From: Deltaproteobacteria bacterium
GTDB lineage: Bacteria; Desulfobacterota; DSM-4660; Desulfatiglandales; HGW-15
DNA length: 32,404 nt
Direction of reading: 5' to 3'
Assembly: GCA_016929815.1 (NCBI GenBank)
Contig: JAFGIC010000061.1
Coordinates: 1 to 32,404 of the forward strand
Within the stretch, counting starts at the first letter, position 1. Each line of letters begins with the position of its first letter. Both the position numbers and the translations under genes were made by a program. The notes beneath the pieces are model-generated. The model ran no database searches. It was given only the letters and a program-made list of their open reading frames with translations, and was not told the origin of the DNA. Positions 9,701 to 18,510 of the stretch are shown here, in pieces.

Positions 9701-12700
9701 TGACTCCATCATGGTCGTCTTCGTCATAGACCTTTACCGCTAATGCCGTAACCTCATCTGCACCTGATATGGAACCGTTCAGGGTCATATTCAATGCTGA
9801 ATCGGTTTTAAAGGATCTGAAGACTACTGATCCATCTTCTGCGCCGCCCGCATCTATTGCCGCATCACCCTGAAAGACAATTCCTCCCTCCCCGCTCAAG
9901 GTTATATCCGCTCCTGATGAACTGCCTGTAATACTGCTGCCCGAATAAAGGGTCAGGCTGCCTCCGGCGTAAAGGGCTATATCCGAGCCATCTTTGGCCC
10001 CGGACGAATCAATAGCACCGTAGATATCGATGTCTCCCTGTCCATCGCTTTCATCCGCGGAGATTTTTACTTCTGAGGCCGTCAATGTGTCTTCCGAGGC
10101 AAGGACGATATTTGCCTCCCTCGCCCTGAGCTCAACTGCTTCGTTAAAACCTCCGTCGGTAAGGATGTCTATAAGGCTGCTGAGATCGGCTATAGCGGCG
10201 GTATCAATGGAGAATGATCCGCCTATTCCATTCTCTTCCGATTGACCGTAAAGATTGCCCTCCATAACGGCTGAATAAGTTGGAGAGACTATCTCTATCT
10301 CTCCGGCGTCTCCCTGTCCGCCTGCCGATACATCGATTCTGGCGCCGTTGCCGATACTTACAATGCCGTCTTCCGCAACAAGCTCGACCGATCCCCCCGG
10401 GGCAAAATCATTGCCTGCAGCGTAGATAATCGCTCCGTCTTCCAGAAATATCCCTGAATCGCTCCCGCTGCCTGATGTGGTCATGGCTATATCGGCGCCG
10501 TTCATATTCAGAACACCTGTCTGGATTATGTCTTCCGCGGTTATTTCAAAATTTCCGCCTGCTATGATTGCCTCAGAGTAGCCTCCTCCGTTCGATGCTA
10601 TGGTTACTGCTCCTGTTCCTGTGTCTATGCTGTAATTTATGGCATCATATCCCTCGGATGTCTCAAGCAGAGATGACGCAACCGAGGCTGCCTCGATGCT
10701 TAAATCCGCTGACCCTGTAATAAAAGCGCCAGTCCCCTGTATTGTTACATCCCCTGAACTGTAAAGATGTATCCCGGAAAATCCGTCAAATGTTATCGTC
10801 CCTTCGCTCAGATATATCTCGTCCGCCTCTACTCTGAGGGCACCCGGGCTGCTGGAAACCGTCTCTTCCGATTCATTTCCGGAGTTTGTGAATACCACGC
10901 TACCGGATGAAATGTTTATAACCGAATCATCGGTATCAATCAGAGATGCGTTCAGAACAAGCTCAGAACCGACGTTAAGATCAAAGGAGTCTTTAAAGAA
11001 TATTTCGGAGCCCTCACCAAGTTCCATTACTTCAGAGGATGCCAGATATGTCCACAACCCTTGAGTTATATAAGCTCCGGTTCCGGTCCTGTCCGAATCG
11101 TTATCCGAGATAAAATATATCGTATCGCTCGTAATGCTGATAGAGCTGTTGTCCACCTGCAGTTGGCCTTGGATATCAAACAGATTGGCATTCAACTCAA
11201 TATTGTCGGAGGCGTGTATCATGGCCGTATCTTCTATGCGCAGTGACCCCTCAGGCGCGTTGAATACTATCCTGCCATCAAGACTGTCGGTATCCGTATT
11301 GCTTTCGCTGCCTTCAGAAAGGGCTGCTATGAGCACGTTGTCATTTATTGTTATTAAATCCCCGGCATTAAGCTCAATGCCTTTAACATTGAGACTTACG
11401 CCGTCTTCAAAGGTAAGTTTAGACGTAGATTCTTTATCTCCCAGGATTATAGACTCCAGCCCCATACCCGACACGGTTTCATCAGATAAGACGAGCTTAT
11501 CGATCATTTCCCCTGCTATCTGCTCATGGATTTCCCCCGTGGGGTCGAAATTATCCGGTAGCACCCAATCATTGCCGCCTGCCGTTATAATTATATCAGT
11601 GCCGCTGACCTTTAGAGCGGCCCCGCTGTATGTATCATCCAAGGCCTCTCCGAATATGGCTCCTTCTAAAATCGTGGTATTGCCTGTCATTGTAACGCTG
11701 CCGGCGTCACCTGCGGTCATTTCGCTTATTTCATAATATCCCTCGCTGAGTACATCCTCAGCGTCCCTGATTGAGTAGTAATGGGTCTCGACACTCGATG
11801 TAAGATCCGTTCCTGCCGTGGCGGTCATTCCCGATATTACGCTATAACCCTCCTCTGTCATGGGATACTCCGAAAGATTCACCCCTGTACCGATATCCGT
11901 CAGTATTACGGCGCCATCCACAAAGGCGTATTCATCGCTCAGGAGGTAATATTCACCTGCAGGTATCTCCTCATTCTCCCCAATTATTATTGTCTTCCCC
12001 GGGCTATAGACAGAGTTTTCCGGGAGAATCACATATTGGTCATCTTTTCCCAGAGGGTCTTCAGTACCGTCCGTACCGGACAGGAACCGATAGGCGAACA
12101 CGGTTCCTCCGCCTGACACGTCTATCTCCGCGCCCTCAGCCATTACAACGTTTTCTCCTTCAACAGTAACCGATCCGACGGGCGCGGATAAAACTTCGCT
12201 GTCGGTATCGATTGTCCCGTTTTTGTCGGGCATCCCCCAAAATAACGCCTCATCGTCTATGAGCCCGTAGTTGATATATGCGTCCATATATGTACTAAGG
12301 GTGCTTTCATCCCCGAGATACACAATTCCGTCTTCGGACAGGGCAATCAGTGTGACATCGCCCAAAGGGGCGTATATATCGCCATACAGGTAGATATTGG
12401 CCGCCTCAAGACTAAGGTTTGATCCTGCCGAATAAATGCTTCCTGTCAGATTGTCTCCATTGTCCAAGATTGTCAGGTCGCCTTCTGTCTTTATCGTGAA
12501 TGATGTTAATGAATCCGGGTATATCCTGTCTGCCTGGAGAACCAGATCCCCTGTCTGCTCCAATCCTCCCCAACGGGTATTCTGATATGATTCATTATAG
12601 TAATAATCGCTCAGGCGTATGTCCGTTGTGGATATCAGTTCAGCTGATTCAAAGGAAGAAAGGGTGATATATCCGCTTATATCGATGAACCCCCCTTCCA

Positions 12701-15700
12701 GGGTCAGGGAGGCATCTCCTTTTACCAACTCTTTGACTTCTTTGTTATAATCATAGGTGTTGGCAAGGGTGATCCAGGGGGACGTAATTGAAATATCACT
12801 GTCCGAGGCTGATGAAACGACAGGGGCGTCGATGGTAATGTCCCTTGGGACATCTATATCCATTGAGCCAGTAAAAAAGATCTCGCTCCAGCTTTCAAGG
12901 GTTATGGAATCGAAGCCCATTGAGAGATATGAAGAAATCTCCTCTCCGCTCATGTCCATGGGATTGATGTCATTCTCCTTAGCTATAACAAGTGCTCCTC
13001 CGTTTAGGCTTTCCATTTCAGCACCGGCCTTTAACTGCCCTTCCATTACCAGGTCTCCGAAAAATGACAGAGTAACGCTTCCCGGAGCACTTGCGGTTTG
13101 CACCGTTACAATATCACCATCCTCTGACCACACATAGTCATTGACGGCATCTGAGCCCGACACATCTATCACTGCTCCTTCCTCAATAATAAGACCGCCT
13201 TTGCCTGCTTTCAGGGTCACATTGCCGCCATCCACCGCAGAAAATCCAAGGGGAAGGTCCTTAGCCAGAGGTTCAGTATCCCTTTTTATATAGCCCGCTG
13301 CCGACAAAAAGCCGCCCGGATGTATCGTTATTCCCTGCGCATCCGCATCAATGCTGCCGCCGGGGGCGGAAAGCGTGCCTGAGAATTCTATATTCCTTCC
13401 TTCCAAATTTATGCCTCCGCCTGCGCCTACGTTTACTTCTGCTCCCGACTTTATCTCCACAGTTCCTGACACATCTTCTTGTGCAGGCATAACATAACCG
13501 TCAAATTCTTCATCGGCCAAGAGTCTTATTGAGGAATCACCCAGGTAATCGTCTGTTACACTCGTAAGCTTGGAATAGGATCCATATCGAAGACCGACTG
13601 AACCATAATCTTCAATACTGCCGGTCCTGTCCGAGGCAGTAAATTTTATATAGGATGGTGTAAGCACGGCGCCTGATGATATCGTAATCCCATCAAAGGC
13701 CTTTAATGTAATATCGGTGAAGCCTGTATTATCAAAAAAATCATCATCCAGGATAAGGGTGTTCCTGATCTCATCGGGGATGGTGTAATCCGCTCCTATA
13801 AGAGATCTCACAGTAAACATGTCATCCGGAAGAACATACACGTTTCCGGCGTGCACGCTTATCGAACCGCCGTTCATTCCCTGGGTTGAATATCCCATAA
13901 GGTCTCCCTCAAAGATAATCGTCACACCCTGAACGTGAACAGATCCGGCGTCTCCGCCTGATACCTCGCCATCCTCATCAATCTCGTGTCCCCCGCTCAC
14001 GTCAATGGAGGAACCGGCATCTGCGATAACTCCTTCCCCATTTAGAGTCTCATCCGATATTAAAATTGTTCCGCCTTCCAAGAGACCTGTTTCATAATCG
14101 ACATCCAAGCCCTTCCCGTATTCCGAGTTGTCTATCTGTTCACCCGCAACTGAAAGGCTGCTGCCGGAGGCGAGGAATATTCTTTCGTGTCCGAGATCTT
14201 TCTGGCTTACATAATCATCTCCTTCGTCAGTTGTAATGTTGCTGTTCAACGTAAGGTCTATTAGGCCCCCTGGTACGGTTATATCGCCCTCAATAACTAT
14301 GCTTCTGGCTCGGGCAAAAAAAGATCCTCCGGCCAGGAGCGATATCGAGGCGTCTTCCTCTATGGTAAGGCCGGTTCTGCTGTAAAGTCTTAATGTACCA
14401 AGCCCGGCATCGTTGATCAGGCTTGATGAGATATGAGTAATGCCTTCCCTGTCTTCGGGAAATGGCTCCAGGGCATTAAAATTCTCCGGCAATTGATCAA
14501 CCGATGAATCGACCACAACCTCCTGAACAACGTGATCAAGGTCGCTATAGATGGGAGCTACTGATAATACGTCTCCTATCTCGAGGGTCCCGCCGGCAGG
14601 AACGGAGATCCCCATGGCATCATAGATTTCTTCTTCATCCTCATGCGGATAATAAATCTGAAAATCTCCTTGTGTAACAGAGGCGTCTATTGTCCCCTCA
14701 AGGACCATTCCGGACGCTATAAGGGAGATTTTTCCAGCATCATTTCCCTCCTGAAAACCGTTAATATAACTCTTAATCGGTGCAACTCCGCCATAGTATA
14801 TTCCGCTGTAGGTTTCTTTTACACCATACCGATCATGTATCTTGGCAAAATCACCCAGTATGCCTTTATATGTCTCCCACTCTTCCGCTTTGTCTATGTC
14901 ATAAACCACGTTATTAACCGAGAGAAGTTTGGTAGTGTCTATCGATCCCCCTGAATAGTTGACACCACCGCCTGAAGCATCAAGATAACCTCCTTCCCTT
15001 ATTATGATATCCCCCGAGCCGGCGTTTAAATAGATTGTGCCTCCCTCGGTAGCCATCTCCTCCGCGGTAAGGTCCCCCCTGGATATGATATAATTGCTCA
15101 CGTCTCCTATCGAAGAGCCGAGAAGCGAAGATATGGTTATCGTCTCTCCTAAAAGCAAACCGTCCTTCTGCCCGTAATCGTCGGCCAGCTCAACACTGTT
15201 AAGCTGGACATTTACAATCTTTTCGCTCACAGGCATTGTAACCCAAAGCCCGCTCACATCGATTGCGCTGTCCTCTCCCAGGTATATACGTCCCCCGGCC
15301 TCAATATCTACATTACCTGAAGAAGCCAGAACAGTGCCGTAAAGTTCAACAAGATCAGGTGTCAATTTGTTATCATCTGCAGCCGATTCTTCATCATCGC
15401 CAAGGCCGGAATAAAGGCTGCCCACTAAGACCTCTCCTCCGTGAAAAATAAACGTGTTGTTGAATTCCTCTGATGAACTGCTGACCGGCGTCGAGGTAAC
15501 GCTGTCTTCGCCCAGGGTCACCTTTTCGCTTGCAAGAAGCTCAACCCTTCCGTTATTTGTCACGGCAGTAACCGACCGTATAATACCGTTCTGGGTAACG
15601 GTCCTGCCGTACATTCCAGCCTGACCGAGATCGGCCGACAGGGCGCCGTCCTCATAGTTGTAGACATCTCCTGGATTTTCTGCGATATAGATCCTTTTAT

Positions 15701-16439
15701 ATATCTGATCATTAAGTTCTATCTCTTTAAGCCTGATCTCCTCACCTGCGGCAAGGGCCGCCCACCCAAGATCGGCGGAAATCTCTCCGTTGTTTTCCAC
15801 CGTTGTGCCCAGCAAAAAGACGGAGCCGCCGTCAGCAGCAGTGATTGTCCCGTGATTTGACACCACTCCGTTCTCGTTAAGTTCCTCAGCTGGGTTTATA
15901 TAGTTCTCCCTTGCGAAACTCAAAGTGCCATCGAGAAAATCATCGTCTGCCATGTTGAGGGAAGAGGCCACAAGAGACCCAACATTGACGGTGGAATTGG
16001 GAGAAAAGAATATGCCGTTCTGATTTATCAGGTAGACCTGGCCGTCCGAAGTTAATCTTCCGTATATAAGGCTCGGGCTCTGATCATATATTCTGTTCAA
16101 TGCCTTCCAGGAGGTGTTTTCCTGCTGGTCGAAATGCACCCATGCATTTGCACCTATGTTGAACGAGTCCCAGTCGATGATGGCGCTACTCTCATCCTGA
16201 TGCACGACCAGCCCGTTGTATGATGATTTTTCAAGGGATGAGACCCCCTGTACAATCCCTTTAAGGGCAGGAATGGCGTTTACCGACGGCGCTGTTATAT
16301 CTGAGGATGTGGAGCCGTAGAACCCGGGAATCAATGCCGCGCCGAAGACCGAGGATGTCTGGGCAATAAAGAATGACGTCACCGTAATGACTGTAAATAG
16401 TCTTTTGTGTGATTTTATTAATTTTATCAAACGCAGCAT
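6774..16439 (-). CDS. Giant (3221 aa) two-partner-secretion exoprotein (TpsA, filamentous-haemagglutinin family)
   Basis: ATG at 16439 with AGGAAAG upstream. Signal peptide ...FFIAQTSSVFGA. TPS-domain motifs IIDWDSFNIGANAWVHF and SLIYGRL..GQVYLINQNGIFF (~15450-16300). The remainder is G/S/D/I-rich and beta-helix-like. The C-terminal ...GDVYLFAPEGEIDAGEAGISGTNVILGAVDIVNAQNISF... is, as I recall, the signature of the FHA-associated DUF3739-type domain (unverified). I found no Cys in the translation. Confidence 0.93.
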   Translation of the reverse strand: MLRLIKLIKSHKRLFTVITVTSFFIAQTSSVFGAALIPGFYGSTSSDITAPSVNAIPALKGIVQGVSSLEKSSYNGLVVHQDESSAIIDWDSFNIGANAWVHFDQQENTSWKALNRIYDQSPSLIYGRLTSDGQVYLINQNGIFFSPNSTVNVGSLVASSLNMADDDFLDGTLSFARENYINPAEELNENGVVSNHGTITAADGGSVFLLGTTVENNGEISADLGWAALAAGEEIRLKEIELNDQIYKRIYIAENPGDVYNYEDGALSADLGQAGMYGRTVTQNGIIRSVTAVTNNGRVELLASEKVTLGEDSVTSTPVSSSSEEFNNTFIFHGGEVLVGSLYSGLGDDEESAADDNKLTPDLVELYGTVLASSGNVDIEAGGRIYLGEDSAIDVSGLWVTMPVSEKIVNVQLNSVELADDYGQKDGLLLGETITISSLLGSSIGDVSNYIISRGDLTAEEMATEGGTIYLNAGSGDIIIREGGYLDASGGGVNYSGGSIDTTKLLSVNNVVYDIDKAEEWETYKGILGDFAKIHDRYGVKETYSGIYYGGVAPIKSYINGFQEGNDAGKISLIASGMVLEGTIDASVTQGDFQIYYPHEDEEEIYDAMGISVPAGGTLEIGDVLSVAPIYSDLDHVVQEVVVDSSVDQLPENFNALEPFPEDREGITHISSSLINDAGLGTLRLYSRTGLTIEEDASISLLAGGSFFARARSIVIEGDITVPGGLIDLTLNSNITTDEGDDYVSQKDLGHERIFLASGSSLSVAGEQIDNSEYGKGLDVDYETGLLEGGTILISDETLNGEGVIADAGSSIDVSGGHEIDEDGEVSGGDAGSVHVQGVTIIFEGDLMGYSTQGMNGGSISVHAGNVYVLPDDMFTVRSLIGADYTIPDEIRNTLILDDDFFDNTGFTDITLKAFDGITISSGAVLTPSYIKFTASDRTGSIEDYGSVGLRYGSYSKLTSVTDDYLGDSSIRLLADEEFDGYVMPAQEDVSGTVEIKSGAEVNVGAGGGINLEGRNIEFSGTLSAPGGSIDADAQGITIHPGGFLSAAGYIKRDTEPLAKDLPLGFSAVDGGNVTLKAGKGGLIIEEGAVIDVSGSDAVNDYVWSEDGDIVTVQTASAPGSVTLSFFGDLVMEGQLKAGAEMESLNGGALVIAKENDINPMDMSGEEISSYLSMGFDSITLESWSEIFFTGSMDIDVPRDITIDAPVVSSASDSDISITSPWITLANTYDYNKEVKELVKGDASLTLEGGFIDISGYITLSSFESAELISTTDIRLSDYYYNESYQNTRWGGLEQTGDLVLQADRIYPDSLTSFTIKTEGDLTILDNGDNLTGSIYSAGSNLSLEAANIYLYGDIYAPLGDVTLIALSEDGIVYLGDESTLSTYMDAYINYGLIDDEALFWGMPDKNGTIDTDSEVLSAPVGSVTVEGENVVMAEGAEIDVSGGGTVFAYRFLSGTDGTEDPLGKDDQYVILPENSVYSPGKTIIIGENEEIPAGEYYLLSDEYAFVDGAVILTDIGTGVNLSEYPMTEEGYSVISGMTATAGTDLTSSVETHYYSIRDAEDVLSEGYYEISEMTAGDAGSVTMTGNTTILEGAIFGEALDDTYSGAALKVSGTDIIITAGGNDWVLPDNFDPTGEIHEQIAGEMIDKLVLSDETVSGMGLESIILGDKESTSKLTFEDGVSLNVKGIELNAGDLITINDNVLIAALSEGSESNTDTDSLDGRIVFNAPEGSLRIEDTAMIHASDNIELNANLFDIQGQLQVDNSSISITSDTIYFISDNDSDRTGTGAYITQGLWTYLASSEVMELGEGSEIFFKDSFDLNVGSELVLNASLIDTDDSVINISSGSVVFTNSGNESEETVSSSPGALRVEADEIYLSEGTITFDGFSGIHLYSSGDVTIQGTGAFITGSADLSIEAASVASSLLETSEGYDAINYSIDTGTGAVTIASNGGGYSEAIIAGGNFEITAEDIIQTGVLNMNGADIAMTTSGSGSDSGIFLEDGAIIYAAGNDFAPGGSVELVAEDGIVSIGNGARIDVSAGGQGDAGEIEIVSPTYSAVMEGNLYGQSEENGIGGSFSIDTAAIADLSSLIDILTDGGFNEAVELRAREANIVLASEDTLTASEVKISADESDGQGDIDIYGAIDSSGAKDGSDIALYAGGSLTLYSGSSITGSSSGADITLSGEGGIVFQGDAAIDAGGAEDGSVVFRSFKTDSALNMTLNGSISGADEVTALAVKVYDEDDHDGVIDNEISQWKTETEAYMEDASTLKSEIFGGLEISDGTDLNFVPGLEITSIGDLTVKNAWSLTDWHYDADVDGTGETAGFLYLRAAGDLIINGDITDAPTNKHYLYQDTGATGWNIDLSAGSDLTAANPLGAFTEIDNGDLTINSGVLVYTERGDIGFSSAGDTMIDKVNLNTLISYSGIGYNLSTYDGSISGDVGGSLIINGGAIQSSLGDIDLEVDGDIQLKRKSGYLGTIRSLGAATSEALISYWYYEAGGDINLNFKGNLLGSPSINDGWDQVYMAYDPETQEVWKDWSASFAGNNGLDVSQGIVAMSGGDIYIKAGGDITAGIGNFAEGNLNVYSGGDINGRFVVADGMGELYAAGDFGTKTGMEGQQIELLDANVSLTTGGKILLGSIVNPTLASDSFTSDSSWNLSYTEDTEMNLNAIFGDVSLTGDAIFYGNINQKLKQKMLPASLSIISGRDILFNDSFVLAPSSEGQLYLRAGRDISGEYIENGKEKRGNIYMSDLNADEVYGDKTSTTSEVEAVINSLTRYEHGEGVSHRDDDKAVIIDAGQDIKDIAFYLPKKTEITAERDILDIYYNGQNTGLDDISYIKAGRDISFSSSLSGDLLYTGIEKGGPGLLMVIAGDSIDLGTTDGIQLVGNQYNVYLDPEENDLVVLSGVDLDITLDELNEFFGRIRDQGEIYSEFLAEGDIEGAEAVVENLRREAVYNLFKDVGTGTGDIDMVESQINITGGAGSIYIAALGEINVGKSTFTDSGSVESDSGIYTTAGGDINIFSVEDLNVNESRVMTFAGGDVTVWTDKGNINAGRGSKASVNATESHAVYDEKTGKWFIEWEAPAVGSGIRTLTFDPDGLEGPKEEPLPGDVYLFAPEGEIDAGEAGISGTNVILGAVDIVNAQNISFSQGSVGMPVSTASVNLGVVAGISSITDTTSMVEEATSTITGSREDSMEEAMKALADFITKWLNVEVLGFYEEEGE

Positions 16440-16542
16440 GTTTTAATCTTTCCTGCTTGTTAAAATATTGATTTCACCACAGAGACGCCAGCCTTCGCTG
16501 AAGCTACGGCACGGCAGGCTGAGAACACAGAGTTGAGTTAAT

Positions 16543-16579
16543 TTTTCATTTGCCCCGAGAAAGTCGGGACAAATGAAAA
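16543..16579. other. Strong hairpin (16-bp stem, 1 mismatch, 5-nt loop) in the tpsB-tpsA spacer
   Basis: ttttcatttgccccga gaaag tcgggacaaatgaaaa. No flanking U-tract on either strand. Confidence 0.8.
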
Positions 16580-16697
16580 GGACTCATCCTGCCTGCGGCA
16601 GTAGTAAAGACCATTTCTCGTGTACAATCTGAATATACATGTAAATTTTGCCGATATTTTAATTGCGCCTTCGCCGTGATATAAAAACATAAAGTCT

Positions 16698-16777
16698 TAT
16701 TTGACAGGATTAACAAGATTTACACGATTTGTTTTCATAATAATAAATTACATCATGTTTATCCTGTTCATCCTGTC
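16698..16777. repeat. Inverted repeat GACAGGATTAACAAGAT / ATCCTGTTCATCCTGTC (15/17) with 41-nt AT-rich spacer; includes a conserved 25-nt motif
   Basis: Arms at 16703-16719 and 16761-16777. TATTTGACAGGATTAACAAGATTTA (16698-16722) recurs at 24465-24489 with 23/25 identity. Confidence 0.8.
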
Positions 16778-16813
16778 TGATTTATTCTTTCTATGTGTCT
16801 GATCTCCGTCTCT

Positions 16814-18499
16814 TTAAAATCCGTACTTCACCCGGAAATAGAAACTATCATCCCCTTTTTTAACATTATCCGTCTCTTCCATGGCCTTTGCCCAGTCAAC
16901 CTTGTACTCCAACCCTTTCAATAAAGTCCCCTTGATCCCCGCACCTGCACCATGGATCATATTTGATTTATCTTCCCCCTCAAGGGGATTCTTCCTCCAT
17001 ACCTTGGCCATGTCATAAAAAAGATAAGCGATGCCGTTTACGTTCCCCTTTTTGCCCCACAGGCGGTTAATATCCGGGAAATATACGTTAATGGTACCGT
17101 GAAAAGCATTATCACCTGTGATCTCACTTTCCTTATATCCCCTTACGTTCTCCATTCCTCCAGCAACAAACTGCTCATTTGATATAAGGGGCTCACTGGC
17201 AATCTGTCCGTCAACATTTGCCGAAAGGCTCATCCCAAGGGGAAGCTTGTTGATCCTCTCAATCCCCGCGACAAGATAAAGGTAGTCGCCCCTTGCCTTG
17301 TATCGCTTGATCTCAAATTCCCTCTGGTCTGCAATCAGGTTTCTGAATGCCATATTTAATCCCAGATTAAACTGTGTTTTACCCTGATCATCCATGATTA
17401 CACCGGTGTAGGATGCCGATAGAGACATATATTTGATGGGCGTCTTCAAGCCTTTCTGCTCGGTGTCTTGAAAATTCACATCCTCATTAAAGTCCTTATA
17501 ATCCAGACCAAGGGTTACGTTATGGGAATATCTTTCCAGGGAAGGCAACGGGATAATATACCTGTAGCCGAAAATATTGCCCTCTCCGATCACCTGAAAC
17601 CCTTCGCTGAATGCATTGTCGCTGTCGGACCAAACGGCGTAGAACACCTGTGTATGGTAATCATTCCAAGGAGCAGTAAACACATAGGATCCCACCAGGA
17701 GCTGGACCTCATCCATATCCCGTGGAGATGTCTGGTATTGAAGCGCAATTGTATGCTCCCTCTGCCATAGATTGTCATACTGTATCGACCCGTTTATCCT
17801 ATAATCTGTTGTGTTATGGGACGAACGGTTGTTTAACTCCAGGCTGCCGTGCAAAGGGAGTTTGTCCGTGACCTTAAGTTCAATATCAATCGCCCCCAGC
17901 TCCTTTGCCGGAACGAGTGTGGGAGAGACATTAAAGTCCGTATTCCTGTTTATCAGGGCGAACTCTTGTTGTATGATCGGGAGATATATAAGCCCGCCTT
18001 CCCTGAGGCTCGGAAGCCGTTTCAGGATGCTCTCCTGTGTAAAATATCTGTTGCCGGTCACATTCACCTTTCTGATCCTGCTTTCAATGACCTCCAGCCT
18101 GATTGTGCCGTCCTCAACATCCTGTTCAGGGATATTCACAAAAACCGCCGGATAACCGGACTTATGATAAAAACCCTCAATAGAGTCCCTTGCGTCTTCC
18201 ACATCCGCGGCGGTTTTTGACTCTCCGACATAGGGTGAAAGGAGTTCTTTCATGTCTTCCTCATTCCACAGAGAATTGCCTTCAATGTAAAATTCCTTTA
18301 TCTCAAAGGTCACTACTTTTGTGTCTTCCTGTTCCGGTTCCTGGCTGAAGGACGATGGGATAACCGCATTCAAGATCAACAGCGTTTGTGTCAACAGATA
18401 AAAGACTGTCCTGATTTTTAGTTTAAGCTTATTAAGACAGCTATTAACATTTCGCTCCTCCGCAGCTGGAATCCCATTGAAATTTTTCATGCAGATCAT
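16814..18499 (-). CDS. TpsB outer-membrane translocator (ShlB/FhaC/HecB family, POTRA + 16-strand barrel)
   Basis: POTRA-like FEIKEFYIEGNSLWNEEDMKELLSPYVGESKT..DVEDARDSIEGFYHKSGYPAVFVNIPEQDVEDGTIRLEVIESRI..VNVTGNRYF. Barrel region with alternating pattern. Terminal Phe (RVKYGF). Sits directly upstream of tpsA. AGGA lies 5 nt before the ATG at 18499. Confidence 0.9.
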   Translation of the reverse strand: MICMKNFNGIPAAEERNVNSCLNKLKLKIRTVFYLLTQTLLILNAVIPSSFSQEPEQEDTKVVTFEIKEFYIEGNSLWNEEDMKELLSPYVGESKTAADVEDARDSIEGFYHKSGYPAVFVNIPEQDVEDGTIRLEVIESRIRKVNVTGNRYFTQESILKRLPSLREGGLIYLPIIQQEFALINRNTDFNVSPTLVPAKELGAIDIELKVTDKLPLHGSLELNNRSSHNTTDYRINGSIQYDNLWQREHTIALQYQTSPRDMDEVQLLVGSYVFTAPWNDYHTQVFYAVWSDSDNAFSEGFQVIGEGNIFGYRYIIPLPSLERYSHNVTLGLDYKDFNEDVNFQDTEQKGLKTPIKYMSLSASYTGVIMDDQGKTQFNLGLNMAFRNLIADQREFEIKRYKARGDYLYLVAGIERINKLPLGMSLSANVDGQIASEPLISNEQFVAGGMENVRGYKESEITGDNAFHGTINVYFPDINRLWGKKGNVNGIAYLFYDMAKVWRKNPLEGEDKSNMIHGAGAGIKGTLLKGLEYKVDWAKAMEETDNVKKGDDSFYFRVKYGF

Positions 18500-18510
18500 G
18501 TAAATCCTGT

